Positions 26,642 to 36,592 of a stretch of 44,115 bases of DNA are shown in pieces; positions within the stretch are counted from its first letter, which is position 1, and each line of letters begins with the position of its first letter. The notes under the pieces were generated by a model that saw nothing but the letters and a program-made list of their open reading frames with translations, was not told the origin of the DNA and did not search any database. The position numbers and the translations under genes were made by a program. Origin of the DNA: Thermodesulfobacteriota bacterium (lineage in GTDB: Bacteria > Desulfobacterota > Desulfobacteria > Desulfobacterales > UBA11574); contig JAYEFV010000147.1 of NCBI GenBank assembly GCA_034658755.1, positions 1 to 44,115 on the forward strand. The letters run 5' to 3'.

Positions 26642-26804
26642 TTAGTTGTAAATTTTGTGCATTTTGTGGCAAAAAAAGTTTGATCACACCACGAAGACCA
26701 CGAAGAGCACAAAGGTTATATATTTTATTCTTCTTTTTCTTCGTGGTCTTCGTGGTGAAAATAAAACCGATCTTTTTTGGTGCCGGCTTGTCCGGGTTAG
26801 GGTT
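26642..26804. repeat. Family-F repeat (CTTCGTGGTCTTCGTGGTG hairpin element), copy 1
   Basis: It is the reverse complement of 39526-39695 at high identity. It has an internal long inverted repeat at 26687-26757 and begins 5 nt after the moaC stop. Confidence 0.85.
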
Positions 26805-26832
26805 TAGCGACCAATAATCGGAGAGGTGAGTG

Positions 26833-27117
26833 ATGTCAAAATATACTATCGCCGGTCTGGTTTCGTGGCTCTTCAGTGGATTGATACTACTTTTTCAAGC
26901 CATATCCTCATTAATGGGCACGGAAGAAAAAATGGCTTCCAAAACCTTAACTCTTGTCAGTGTTATTGGCCAGGGATATTTTAACTGGATAAATAGCCTT
27001 TCATGGGTCAGCGTTCAAAAAGCAATGAGTTATATTGTTACCATGCCTTTATTTGTCTTGTTGTTTTGTATTGGCATTTTATGCTTTTTACTGCATATGT
27101 TTACATCTAAATTATAA
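26833..27117 (+). CDS. Small membrane protein (hypothetical)
   Basis: 94 aa with two or three hydrophobic helices (IAGLVSWLFSGLILLF, MPLFVLLFCIGILCFLL). Confidence 0.5.
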   Translation: MSKYTIAGLVSWLFSGLILLFQAISSLMGTEEKMASKTLTLVSVIGQGYFNWINSLSWVSVQKAMSYIVTMPLFVLLFCIGILCFLLHMFTSKL

Positions 27118-27120
27118 ATT

Positions 27121-27270
27121 ATGGCTTCGTAAAAAGTCCAACTTCTGCGTTGCGCTGCATTCCTCGTAACTGCGACGTACTATAAGTACGTCTCATTCCT
27201 CGGAATTTGCGCGCCTTGAATTTGGAGCTTTTTACTTTGCCATCAAAATCCGACTTTTTACGAGACCGTC
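27121..27270. repeat. Family-A MITE/REP-like element
   Basis: Termini are ...GGCTTCGTAAAAAGTCC and CGACTTTTTACGAGACCGTC. It is an inverted copy of 1-125, ends 4 nt before the mltA ATG, and has a possible ATAAAT flank duplication. Confidence 0.8.
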
Positions 27271-27274
27271 ATAA

Positions 27275-28504
27275 ATGAACCCTTGGGTTAATAAAAGATA
27301 CAATTCAATTATTGTCTTAGCAGTGTTATTTTCCCTCCTTTTGGCAGGATGCGCCCTCTTTAAAAAAGAACCGCCCAGGGTCAGGGAAACCGGGCTCATA
27401 AGGATAGCTCCGTCAGACTATCCTGAATTTTCTGATGATATGGACTATGACGGTTTGGAGCATGGCATTCTGCAAAGCATGTTGTATCTCAATAAAGTTC
27501 CGGCCGACAGAAAGTTCAGGTTTGACGAAAACGTCTTTGATGCCGCCCACATGATAAGATCTATGGAGCACTTTCTGGATTTTATTCAAACCAAACCGTC
27601 AATACAGGATCTGAAAAAATATATTCATTCAAACTACCTGGTTTTCAGGTCTGTGGGCAGGAGCAACCCGGGACAGGTTTTTTTTACAGGATATTACGAG
27701 CCTTCTTTAGAAGGAAGCCTGGAAAAAACTACTGAGTACCGGTTCCCAATTTATACCCGCCCCGGCGATCTTACTACTATTAATCTTTCCTTGTTTCTAC
27801 CGAAACTTAAGGGGAAAAAAATCATTGGCAGATACACCGGCCAAACCGTTGTGCCCTACTATGACCGGAACGACATAGAATATAAGGGGGCGCTTGAGGG
27901 TAAAACCAAAGAGATTGCCTGGCTTAAAGACCGAATTGACCTGTTTTTTTTGCAAATCCAGGGTTCCGGGAAAATTTATCTTAATAACGACGATATCCTT
28001 CACGTTCATTATCATGCTACAAACGGCCGACCTTATCAGAGCATAGGCAAGCTGCTTATCAACACCGGCAAAATACCTCGCGAGGAGATGTCTATGCAAA
28101 AGATTCGTGCTTATTTGCACGACCATCCTGAAGAGGTTGAAACCATTTTGAATTATAATCCAAGTTATGTGTTTTTTAAAATTGAAGAAGACGGCCCCAT
28201 CGGCTACCTGGAGGTCAAATTGACGCCGGGCCGATCCATTGCGTTGGACAGGCGTCTATTCCCTCGGGCCGGACTGGCCTTTATCAAAACCCATAAGCCC
28301 TTAATAAATGGTAGCGGGAAAATTTACAAATGGTCGGCTTTTTCTCGATTTGTACTGAATCAAGATACCGGAGGGGCGATCAAGGGGCCCGGCCGGGCTG
28401 ATCTGTTCTGGGGGAATGGAACATATGCGGAAATAGCCGCCGGTCATATGCAGCACCACGGCACACTCTATTTTCTTGTTCTAAAACCGGATGCACTCGA
28501 ATAG
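27275..28504 (+). CDS. mltA: Membrane-bound lytic murein transglycosylase A (lipoprotein)
   Basis: It has the lipobox LLLAGC. MltA-type segments include FFTGYYEP, DLFFLQIQGSG and DTGGAIKGPGRADLFWG. Confidence 0.85.
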   Translation: MNPWVNKRYNSIIVLAVLFSLLLAGCALFKKEPPRVRETGLIRIAPSDYPEFSDDMDYDGLEHGILQSMLYLNKVPADRKFRFDENVFDAAHMIRSMEHFLDFIQTKPSIQDLKKYIHSNYLVFRSVGRSNPGQVFFTGYYEPSLEGSLEKTTEYRFPIYTRPGDLTTINLSLFLPKLKGKKIIGRYTGQTVVPYYDRNDIEYKGALEGKTKEIAWLKDRIDLFFLQIQGSGKIYLNNDDILHVHYHATNGRPYQSIGKLLINTGKIPREEMSMQKIRAYLHDHPEEVETILNYNPSYVFFKIEEDGPIGYLEVKLTPGRSIALDRRLFPRAGLAFIKTHKPLINGSGKIYKWSAFSRFVLNQDTGGAIKGPGRADLFWGNGTYAEIAAGHMQHHGTLYFLVLKPDALE

Positions 28505-28515
28505 TTTTTATTATT

Positions 28516-28542
28516 TTAGTTGTGAATTTTATGCATTTTATG
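28516..28542. repeat. Partial family-F repeat end
   Basis: TTAGTTGTGAATTTTATGCATTTTATG compares with TTAGTTGTAAATTTTGTGCATTTTGTG at 26642. It sits directly after the mltA stop. Confidence 0.5.
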
Positions 28543-28835
28543 TATAAATTTCATCACTTAAAAAAGTGTAAAGTGATCTAAAATGCCTAAAGTTGAGGAA
28601 AGCGCTTTCAGCGCAAATATCAGTTTTTATTTAAATTGACAGCGCCAAAGGCACATACATTAATCCGCCAAAAATCGGTGGCGGGTTAACTTTAGCTCAC
28701 TTTAGTTCACTTCAAATTTTAGTCACTTTCCAGGTTTATCCGGGTGAGTTATTCTTGACTCTTTTTTATAAAACCATTACTTATTGGCACCTTATCAGTT
28801 TTGGCTAAATTTTTTTCACTTTGCAGGAGTTAGAT

Positions 28836-29174
28836 ATGTTTGGCATCGGCATGCCGGAAATGGTATTGATCCTGGCAATCGCACTGATTGTTATTGGACC
28901 CAAAAAACTTCCGGATCTCGCGAAATCTCTGGGACGGGCCTTTGCCGAGTTTAAGCGGGCAACATCCGAATTAAAAGAAACTTTGGGAATCGATGATCAA
29001 TTAAATGAGGTTAAATCAACCTTTGATCATGTGGGCAAAGAGGTTAAGGAGGCTATGGATGTAAAGGTCGATGCAAGACCCGGAGATCAAAACGTTTCTA
29101 CGGATTTTGATAAAGAAAAAAATGAAAAACAAGTCAGAAATAAAGATTCGGAAAGTCCATTAAGTGATGGATGA
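28836..29174 (+). CDS. Twin-arginine translocase TatA/TatB-family protein
   Basis: [40 protein letters not shown]. An AGGAG SD lies 6 nt upstream, and the ORF-track TTG 28821 is rejected. Confidence 0.85.
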   Translation: MFGIGMPEMVLILAIALIVIGPKKLPDLAKSLGRAFAEFKRATSELKETLGIDDQLNEVKSTFDHVGKEVKEAMDVKVDARPGDQNVSTDFDKEKNEKQVRNKDSESPLSDG

Positions 29175-29910
29175 ACAAGAAAAAATCCCTTTTACCGAAC
29201 ACTTAGAAGAGCTCAGAAAACGTTTAATTATCTGTTTCACAGCCGTGGGTATTGGTTTTGTTTTGTCGTACGGCTTTAAAGAAAAACTGTTTCAAATTTT
29301 AACTCGTCCACTGATACGCGTCATGCAAACCGGCGATAAGCTTATCTTCACCGGTCTTCCCGAAGCTTTCTTTACTTACTTAAAAGTGGCATTTCTTTCC
29401 GGCATCATTCTGGCTACTCCTGTAATCTTTTATCAGTTCTGGATGTTTGTTGCTCCCGGACTCTATAATAAAGAAAAACGGTTTATGGCCCCCATTGTTT
29501 TTCTATCCACTTTTTTCTTTGTTGGCGGCGCATTTTTCGGATATTTTATTGTATTTCCATACGGTTTTAAGTTTTTTTTAGGATTTGCCTCTGAAATAAT
29601 ACGGCCGCTTCCCTCCATGCGGGAGTATTTGGGTTTTGCCTCAAAATTATTACTTGCTTTTGGACTTGTTTTTGAACTTCCTTTGATTATTACCTTTCTT
29701 GCCAAACTTGGAATGGTTTCCGTAAGCTTTTTAAAAAAAAACAGAAAGTATGCGCTTCTTTTATTCTTTGTAGGTGCAGCTATATTAACGCCTCCGGATG
29801 TTGTGACGCAAATCATGATGGCTTTACCCTTGATAGTACTTTACGAAATAAGTATTATCGGCGCCAGAATTTTCGGAAAGAAGAACTTTGAAGATGACGA
29901 TAATAAATAG
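29167..29910 (+). CDS. tatC: Twin-arginine translocase subunit TatC
   Basis: [10 protein letters not shown], six predicted TM helices and ...[12 protein letters not shown]... are TatC signatures. Confidence 0.9.
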   Translation: MDEQEKIPFTEHLEELRKRLIICFTAVGIGFVLSYGFKEKLFQILTRPLIRVMQTGDKLIFTGLPEAFFTYLKVAFLSGIILATPVIFYQFWMFVAPGLYNKEKRFMAPIVFLSTFFFVGGAFFGYFIVFPYGFKFFLGFASEIIRPLPSMREYLGFASKLLLAFGLVFELPLIITFLAKLGMVSVSFLKKNRKYALLLFFVGAAILTPPDVVTQIMMALPLIVLYEISIIGARIFGKKNFEDDDNK

Positions 29911-30049
29911 AAAAATAAAATGCTTACATTTCAATCCGAGAAAAGGGAATGTTTTTTAAAGATCTCTTTTTATCGTTGACAGATCTGGATCTGCTTGATA
30001 GGTAGTTTTGCGTCTATTAAATAATTTAAAAAATTAAAGGAGGTAAAAG

Positions 30050-30550
30050 GTGTTTATGAATAAAAGGTATCTTGTGACATTGTCAGTCGCTGTAATAGCT
30101 ACTCTGTTAGTTGTGGCCGGCATTTATGCCGGAACCGAGGTAAAAGATGAGATTATAATGGAAAACAAAGCCTATGCTAAGCATACCAAGAGCATACAAA
30201 CTTTTACCCATTTAAAGCACTCCAAGGAATACGCGGAGCAAAATCCTGATCTTTACAAAGGCGGCTGCGGAGAGTGTCACCACGATAAAGACAATAAACC
30301 GCTGACCAATCTGAAAGAAGGTGACGATGTACAGAACTGCATCGAGTGCCATAAAAAACCCGGATATATGACAGGAAAGGAAGCAAAGGGGCTGTCAAAG
30401 GAACAAAAACGCGAATACCACGCCAATGCCATTCATGACAATTGCAAAGGCTGCCACAAGAAATTCAACAAAAGCAAGAATTTAAAATCAAAAGATGAGG
30501 GTGCTGCGCCTACAACGTGTAAAAAGTGCCATCCCCAGGAGAAGAAATAA
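30050..30550 (+). CDS. Tetrahaem c-type cytochrome (cytochrome c3 family-like) with signal peptide
   Basis: Four CxxCH sites are present: CGECH, CIECH, CKGCH and CKKCH. It has an N-terminal hydrophobic signal. The start is either GTG 30050 or ATG 30056, after AGGAGG. Confidence 0.8.
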   Translation: MFMNKRYLVTLSVAVIATLLVVAGIYAGTEVKDEIIMENKAYAKHTKSIQTFTHLKHSKEYAEQNPDLYKGGCGECHHDKDNKPLTNLKEGDDVQNCIECHKKPGYMTGKEAKGLSKEQKREYHANAIHDNCKGCHKKFNKSKNLKSKDEGAAPTTCKKCHPQEKK

Positions 30551-30570
30551 CCATTCAGCTTAAAAATTAA

Positions 30571-30609
30571 AAGGGCGTGCATTCTTTTTTAGAGTGCACG
30601 CCCTTTTTT
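30571..30609. terminator. Bidirectional intrinsic terminator between the convergent cytochrome and dsrN genes
   Basis: AAGGGCGTGCATTC-tttttta-GAGTGCACGCCCTT is flanked by A-runs and T-runs on both sides. Confidence 0.75.
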
Positions 30610-32047
30610 ATAAAATCGCACCAGCGATTTTATTTTTGTAAGAAACAGCATTACGAACCATGGATTTGGCCCAGGAAGGCGTGCCCAGAGCATGTATGTG
30701 GGTATAGGTTGCCAGAACGTTTTTATAACAGACGCCGTCACGATTATTAATAAAACCGGTGCCTCTTTTCATGTTAAAGGCCAGATCTTTGTCCGTGCCC
30801 CGCCATTTTAAAACCCGCGAATAGTGAAACTCATGCCCCTTAAGTTGGGTGCCGACTTTAAAATACGGATTGGGTTGCTCAACCGCAACAATTGTGTATC
30901 CGTGTCCCTGAGGTTTTTTTGAAAATCCAAATACAACCGGCAGGATCCCGGCCATGGGAAATGACTTTTCATCCAGAACCAGTTCTTCTCCCAAATACAT
31001 CAGGCCGCCGCATTCAGCGTATATCGGAAGGCCGTCTTGTGCCAAAGACTTTAATTGTTCTCTGAATTTTATGTTTTGGGCCAGTTGTCGGGCATGGGTT
31101 TCAGGAAATCCGCCGCCGATGTAAAGAGCGTCTACAGGTGGGATAGTGTCGCTGGTAAGTGGACTTATAAATATGGTTTCTGCACCGGCCGCTTCAAGTG
31201 CTTCGATATTTTCAGGATAGTAGAACTGAAAGGCCGAGTCCTTGATGATACCGATTCTTGGCCGGAGCTGCTGGTCGGATTCAAGCAAAGATCCGGTTTC
31301 AGGGGGGATGTTTTCTCGAAGTTCTGCTGGAATAGGGAGTGCGCCGGCATCACCGGCAACTGCGACCAGCGCTTCAAGATCAAGATAGCGTCCGGCTATT
31401 TGAGATGCGGCTTGGATGGAATCCTTTGCCCAGCCGTGTTCCGGTGTGGGTAAGAGTCCCATGTGCCGCTCAGGAAAATTTTGCCAGTCCAGTTTTGGAA
31501 CCGCACCTAATACGGGAATATCACAGTAGTGTTCAATATTTTTTCGGAGGATTTTTTCATGCCTGGGTCCGGCAACACGATTTAAAATAACACCTTTAAT
31601 ATCCGTATCAGGATCGAATTTTACACATCCAAGAACGGCAGCAGCCATGGTTCGGGTTGATTTTGTACAATCGATGCAAAGAATCACCGGCGTTTGCAGC
31701 AGTTTCGCCAGCTCTGCGGTACTGGTACTTCCTTGGATATCTATTCCATCGTAAAGACCCCGGTTTCCCTCTATAACTGCGATATCGCCTTTTATGGAAT
31801 GTAAGAAAAAGGATTGGAGGATATGCTCTTTTTTGGTCAGGAAGGTGTCAAGATTATAGCAGGGCCGGCCGGCCGCAAGGGCGAGCCAGCCCGCATCAAT
31901 ATAATCAGGGCCTTTTTTAAAGGGTGTTATCTGTCTGCCGAACGATTTCCATGCAGCAGTGATTCCGATCGACAGTATGGTCTTACCCGATCCTCCCCGC
32001 AGGGCTGAAATTAAAATTCTGGGAAAATCCATATATTCCTGCTGCAA
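30608..32047 (-). CDS. dsrN: Cobyrinic acid a,c-diamide synthase family protein (DsrN-type sirohaem amidase)
   Basis: The N-terminal P-loop is SALRGGSGKT and the C-terminal GATase carries CGGLMYL. The position immediately downstream of dsrABD supports the call. Confidence 0.8.
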   Translation of the reverse strand: MQQEYMDFPRILISALRGGSGKTILSIGITAAWKSFGRQITPFKKGPDYIDAGWLALAAGRPCYNLDTFLTKKEHILQSFFLHSIKGDIAVIEGNRGLYDGIDIQGSTSTAELAKLLQTPVILCIDCTKSTRTMAAAVLGCVKFDPDTDIKGVILNRVAGPRHEKILRKNIEHYCDIPVLGAVPKLDWQNFPERHMGLLPTPEHGWAKDSIQAASQIAGRYLDLEALVAVAGDAGALPIPAELRENIPPETGSLLESDQQLRPRIGIIKDSAFQFYYPENIEALEAAGAETIFISPLTSDTIPPVDALYIGGGFPETHARQLAQNIKFREQLKSLAQDGLPIYAECGGLMYLGEELVLDEKSFPMAGILPVVFGFSKKPQGHGYTIVAVEQPNPYFKVGTQLKGHEFHYSRVLKWRGTDKDLAFNMKRGTGFINNRDGVCYKNVLATYTHIHALGTPSWAKSMVRNAVSYKNKIAGAIL

Positions 32048-32108
32048 AGGAGGTTCTTAAATTACAATAGGTTTCGGATCGGTCTTTTTTAATACAGAAA
32101 AATCTGTT

Positions 32109-32345
32109 TTAATCTTCATGCTCGCTATGCGCTTGCTTGCCTGCACCTTTAAGCCCATATAATGAAGTGCTCCCGCTGGACCAGTATTCCAGGACTTCAT
32201 CTGTTATCATTTTATTAATAAACTTTTTGGCAGGCCTGGGCTTTTCACCCAGTATTTTACAAAGGTCGTTAAAATAGAACTTGGTTTTGCCTTTTTTCTT
32301 TTTCAGCGCTGTTACGATTTTTTCAGTTGCTTCCGCTTGATCCAT
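32109..32345 (-). CDS. dsrD: Dissimilatory sulfite reductase protein DsrD
   Basis: 78 aa, with KKKKGKTKFYFNDL...LEYWSSGSTSLYGLKG typical of DsrD. It follows dsrB. Confidence 0.85.
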   Translation of the reverse strand: MDQAEATEKIVTALKKKKGKTKFYFNDLCKILGEKPRPAKKFINKMITDEVLEYWSSGSTSLYGLKGAGKQAHSEHED

Positions 32346-32410
32346 GATTTAGCCTCGTCTCTTTTAGTGCAGGGGACACGCGATGTGCCCCCTGCGGGTT
32401 TTTATTGGAT

Positions 32411-33559
32411 TTAGAACTTAAAGTTCGTTGTCTGACGCCAGGTAAAATAAGCCGGATCACGGAAATCATCAATAAGATGATGGGTGAACTCGAGTTCACA
32501 TTTTTCAAAGAATCTTTCCCACCCGATCCTTTCAGCCCATTCGCCCAGACGTTCATACTTGTTGGCGTCTTTTGCATAGGCCTCTACCATTCTCTTGATA
32601 GTATCCGTCATCGTGGGCCAGCGAGGCGTTTCGTTTGGGATAAAGGCAACGACAACCTTGGAGAACTTGGGAGCGCTGATCCGGTTGGACACTTTTCCCC
32701 CTGCCATGAGCACGATACCGTCGCCCACATCATCTGCCAGCGGCATTGAGGGGCACATGGTGTAGCAGTTACCGCAGAACATACACCTGGGCTCATTTAC
32801 GGCAACACTTTTTACCTCTTTTCCATCTGCCAGTGTAACCTTGGCCGGTTTAATGGCCGCGGTCGGGCAGGCAGCAATTGCCAGGGGAATTTCGCACATT
32901 TTGTCCATATATTCATGGTCCAGCATGGGCGGCTTGCGGTGATAGCCCAGAATGGCGATATCCGAACAATGGACCGCGCCGCACATGTTCAGACAGCAGG
33001 CCATGGAGACCCGGAGCTGGGCTGGCAGCCGCATATTGATAAAATCATCAAAAAGCACATCCAGGGTAGCTTTAACCGTACCGGATGCGTCTGTTGCCGG
33101 TGTGTGACAGTGAATCCATCCCTGGGTATGAATGATGTTGGTAACTCCGGCGCCGGTGCCTCCGACGGGAAACTTGTAACATCCACCGGCCTGCTTGCGG
33201 CTCAAAAGATCTTGCTTCAAAGGTTCTACTTTTTCCTTGCTGTCCACCATGAATTCAATGTTATTACGTGTAGTGAATCTGAGATATCCGTCGCAATGTT
33301 TGTCCGCGATTTCGCAAATTTCACGAATATGGGATACACTCATAAGACGGCACCCACCGGCTCTTACGGTGTAAACTTCGTCGCCGGTTTCGGAAACATG
33401 AACCAGAACACCGGGTTCCAGAATTTCATGGTACAGCCATTTACCCTTGTTCTTTGCGATTACCGGAGGGTAAAATTCGTCAAATTTTCTTGGGCCGATG
33501 TCGGTAATCCTGTTTTCCATCGGTTTGTTAGGATTGTAACCTGATGATATAAATGCCAT
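32411..33559 (-). CDS. dsrB: Dissimilatory sulfite reductase beta subunit
   Basis: [23 protein letters not shown]..., sirohaem/FeS cysteines and the ferredoxin insert [12 protein letters not shown]. The start is set at the second ATG, 9 nt after GGGGG. Confidence 0.95.
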   Translation of the reverse strand: MAFISSGYNPNKPMENRITDIGPRKFDEFYPPVIAKNKGKWLYHEILEPGVLVHVSETGDEVYTVRAGGCRLMSVSHIREICEIADKHCDGYLRFTTRNNIEFMVDSKEKVEPLKQDLLSRKQAGGCYKFPVGGTGAGVTNIIHTQGWIHCHTPATDASGTVKATLDVLFDDFINMRLPAQLRVSMACCLNMCGAVHCSDIAILGYHRKPPMLDHEYMDKMCEIPLAIAACPTAAIKPAKVTLADGKEVKSVAVNEPRCMFCGNCYTMCPSMPLADDVGDGIVLMAGGKVSNRISAPKFSKVVVAFIPNETPRWPTMTDTIKRMVEAYAKDANKYERLGEWAERIGWERFFEKCELEFTHHLIDDFRDPAYFTWRQTTNFKF

Positions 33560-33571
33560 AGTCATTACCCC

Positions 33572-34888
33572 CTATCTTTGATGGAATTTTCTGAATTCGT
33601 TAATATCACGATCAAATCCGCCTTCAACTTCGTCTTCTTTCCAGAAGATGTACGGGTTGGTACGGGGTTCCTGGACCATTCGCGGATCCGGTTTAAAACC
33701 CGTCACTTCAAGCAGTTTCTGGAAGCCCTGGCGCTTCATGAGCTCGCCAAGTCTTTCACGGTTTTTTCCTTCTTCCATCCACCAGTCCCAGATGGGCTCG
33801 ATGACGGTCTCTTTGATTTCATCGTAAGGTTCTTCCACCTTAATAAACGGAACCAAAAGCGATCCCATTTGTGCGCCGTCAAGGATCGGGGCCTTTGCTC
33901 CGGCAAGGATTGAACAGCCCCGGTCATTACCGATTCTCAATGCTCTGGGCATGACGTTGATGCAGTGCATACATCTTGTACACTCAGGGGTGTTTATCTC
34001 CAGTTTACCATCCTCATACCTCATGCAGCCGGTGGGACAAAGATCGATCACTTCTTTCTGGATGTCAAACGGTCCCCAGTCACGTCCGGCATGGGCGCCG
34101 CCGTTGGGAGGAATTTCACCGCCCACATAGGCATTAACCGCCTCCTGATCTATTTTAATATCATCACGCCAGGTGCCGACAAACGACAGGTCCGCCCGTG
34201 CGATTGATGCAACGCAGCAATTGGGGCACCCATCGAATTTAAATTTAAACTTATAAGGAAATGCCGGCCGATGAAGCTCGTCCTGATACTCAACGGTAAG
34301 ATCATGGCAGATTGCCTGGGTATCGAAGCAAGACCATTCACAGCGAGCCTGGCCGATGCAGTCGGAAGGTGTTCTCAGGTTTGACCCGGAACCGCCCAGA
34401 TCCTGATTCAGGTTATGTCCCAATTCCCAGAAGGTCTCTTCAAGCTGAGGGGTTGTGGTGCCCAGGAAAATAATATCTCCTGTTGAACCATGCATGTTGG
34501 TAAGGCCGCTTCCGCGTCGCTCCCAGAGATCGCAAATCTCTTCAAGGTATTTGGTGGTATAGAATTTGCCGGCAGGCTGGGACACACGCATGGTGTGAAA
34601 ATGGGCAACTCCCGGAAACATCTCGGGCTGGTCGCAATACCTGCCGATGACACCGCCTCCGTAACCAAATACCCCGACGATGCCGCCATGTTTCCAGTGG
34701 GTCCGGCCGTGCTTGAAGGAAAGTTCAAGCACGCCCAAAAGATCGTCACAACAATCCTGGGGAATCTGGTATTCAATGTTTCTTTCATTCTTTTCCCTTG
34801 ATTCAGCTTCTCGCTTAATGTCGGTCACAAAACTCGGCCACGGACCGGTCTCAAGCTGATCCAACAAAGGGGTTTCATGTTTTGCCAT
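33572..34888 (-). CDS. dsrA: Dissimilatory sulfite reductase alpha subunit
   Basis: MAKHETPLLDQLETGPWPSFV... and the cysteine clusters CEWSCFDTQA, CPNCCVAS and CTRCMHCINVMP. A GGAGGA SD lies upstream of ATG 34888. Confidence 0.95.
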   Translation of the reverse strand: MAKHETPLLDQLETGPWPSFVTDIKREAESREKNERNIEYQIPQDCCDDLLGVLELSFKHGRTHWKHGGIVGVFGYGGGVIGRYCDQPEMFPGVAHFHTMRVSQPAGKFYTTKYLEEICDLWERRGSGLTNMHGSTGDIIFLGTTTPQLEETFWELGHNLNQDLGGSGSNLRTPSDCIGQARCEWSCFDTQAICHDLTVEYQDELHRPAFPYKFKFKFDGCPNCCVASIARADLSFVGTWRDDIKIDQEAVNAYVGGEIPPNGGAHAGRDWGPFDIQKEVIDLCPTGCMRYEDGKLEINTPECTRCMHCINVMPRALRIGNDRGCSILAGAKAPILDGAQMGSLLVPFIKVEEPYDEIKETVIEPIWDWWMEEGKNRERLGELMKRQGFQKLLEVTGFKPDPRMVQEPRTNPYIFWKEDEVEGGFDRDINEFRKFHQR

Positions 34889-35156
34889 ATTCATTCCTCC
34901 ATTCATCTTTAGATTTAACTATCCTTTCGATTAAAATAAAACCCTCTCCTATTGGAGTTTTATCGTTCACCTCCTCTCACAAAATGATTCAATTTTTTTC
35001 TTTACGTTTTTATGAGTTAAGCATTTAAATAACAAAGGCCATCTTCCAAAAAAAAGTTATATAAAATTAATCTTTTACCTTGTCAATAAAAAAGCATGGT
35101 TTTACCCTGCTAAATAGTTTTTATTATTTGAATCAGCTTTAACACTTAATCCGAAT

Positions 35157-35215
35157 GGTTCCGTAAAAAGTCAACCAAAAATAAAGCAGCACAACATATT
35201 GTACTTTATTACGGA
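35157..35215. repeat. Short family-A-like element
   Basis: CCGTAAAAAGTC ... ACTTTATTACGG form imperfect inverted termini. Confidence 0.45.
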
Positions 35216-35254
35216 TTACTGCGTTTATATGTTGTAGCAGTAATTCAAAGTTTA

Positions 35255-35402
35255 GACGGTCTCGTAAAAAGTCGTCACTCCGGTAGATCCCGGATCAAGT
35301 CCGGGAGGAGTCCAGATGGTCTGCAACCGCTTGAAAAGACTGGATTCCGGCTTTCGCCGGAATAACGGAAAACGGTATTTTGGGACTTTTTACGAAGTCG
35401 TC
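35255..35402. repeat. Family-A MITE/REP-like element with GGCTTTCGCCGG core
   Basis: Termini are GACGGTCTCGTAAAAAGTC (35255-) and GACTTTTTACGAAGTCGTC (-35402). The internal ATTCCGGCTTTCGCCGGAAT hairpin is shared with 37240-37370. It contains the stop codon of the 399-aa ORF. Confidence 0.8.
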
Positions 35403-36589
35403 TTAATTGCATCGAATAAAATTTTTACATGCCTTTTTAAATTCTTTTTAATGACCGGGATTTCCGGAGATTGGGGGTTATATGCATCGACCATGGCTTG
35501 TGACAAACCAAACAAATCTGATTGACTGCAAGATAGAAGATGATTTCGGAAACAATCGATTAAAGGACCTGGAATCGAGACAATGGTCGATTTTAAGGCC
35601 AGGCCCTCGAAAAAACCTTTAAGGATCCCATCAACCGAAGTATCATCTGACCACACTATTTCTCCGACACCGTCCAGACGGTCAATGCGCATTCTGATTG
35701 CAAGATTTAGAAAAAACACCAGCAATGCTTCCAGTATCAGTTCCATATCCGGGTCTTTATTAATCCCGTTATTTTCAAACATGGGGCTATACTGTCTCAC
35801 GGTGATGAGTTTTAAATCGATCCTGTTATTTTGACATTTTAAAACAAAATCTCCGGCCGCATGATGCCAAAAAAGTATCTGATCAAATGTCTCGACATTG
35901 TAGTAACAGGTAAGAATCTTGGCGGCTTGTCGGTAAAGGTTTATCGCTTGATCGGTGGTAAGGAAATAGTTGCCGTGCTCATGATCCCAGACAACAATTT
36001 TGTGTTTTTCATCTTCCGGATCAAGGAAAATGTGGAATTCGTTATATCCTTTGAACCATTCTCCTATAAACGTTCCGATTTCATCATCTGCAATAGACAC
36101 ACGACCCTGGCCGTAAACTTTGGGCAGAAATGAAAACGGAAAATCTTCATTTAGCTGTTTTAAAAGACCATATTCTCTTTGAATACAACGTTTGCCGGAA
36201 TCGGAGATGGCGACATTCAATACAAACGAAATTGCTGTCCCGTGTAACACGGTTTCAATTCGGGCCGGATGATAGAATTCACCGTGTTTTTCGAGAAAGA
36301 TTCTTATTTCTTCGATTTCTTGGGATGTTACCTCTCGATGTATATGTTGCGAAACAGCACGAGTAATGATTTCATATCTGTTCTGTTCCAGAACATTGCG
36401 AACTGCGGTAAAATAATCTCCATGGCTCACACAAATCCCGGAATCATTGGGTTGCTGCTGTCTGTTCATGGAAAGGAGGGCAGTCCATATCTGGCTGTTT
36501 TTTTGGGCAGGATTTTTTTTGTGTGACAAAAAATACTTGAATTGCGGCGTGTTGGGCATGGTTTGGGTTCTGGAGATCAAAAATACCAC
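35390..36589 (-). CDS. Hypothetical protein, possibly a kinase/phosphotransferase-like fold
   Basis: 399-aa ORF from a GTG start; an alternative ATG lies at 36559. ...WHHAAGDFVLKCQNN...MRIDRLDG... vaguely recalls APH/protein-kinase catalytic and DxD loops. It sits 3 nt after the TPR gene stop. Confidence 0.5.
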   Translation of the reverse strand: MVFLISRTQTMPNTPQFKYFLSHKKNPAQKNSQIWTALLSMNRQQQPNDSGICVSHGDYFTAVRNVLEQNRYEIITRAVSQHIHREVTSQEIEEIRIFLEKHGEFYHPARIETVLHGTAISFVLNVAISDSGKRCIQREYGLLKQLNEDFPFSFLPKVYGQGRVSIADDEIGTFIGEWFKGYNEFHIFLDPEDEKHKIVVWDHEHGNYFLTTDQAINLYRQAAKILTCYYNVETFDQILFWHHAAGDFVLKCQNNRIDLKLITVRQYSPMFENNGINKDPDMELILEALLVFFLNLAIRMRIDRLDGVGEIVWSDDTSVDGILKGFFEGLALKSTIVSIPGPLIDCFRNHLLSCSQSDLFGLSQAMVDAYNPQSPEIPVIKKNLKRHVKILFDAIKTTS

Positions 36590-36592
36590 ATC

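Noticed and set aside
32915-33544. 209-aa plus-strand ORF, along with other ORFs inside dsrA/dsrB/dsrN
   Set aside because: These are antisense shadows of highly conserved dsr genes, with no independent motif or RBS.
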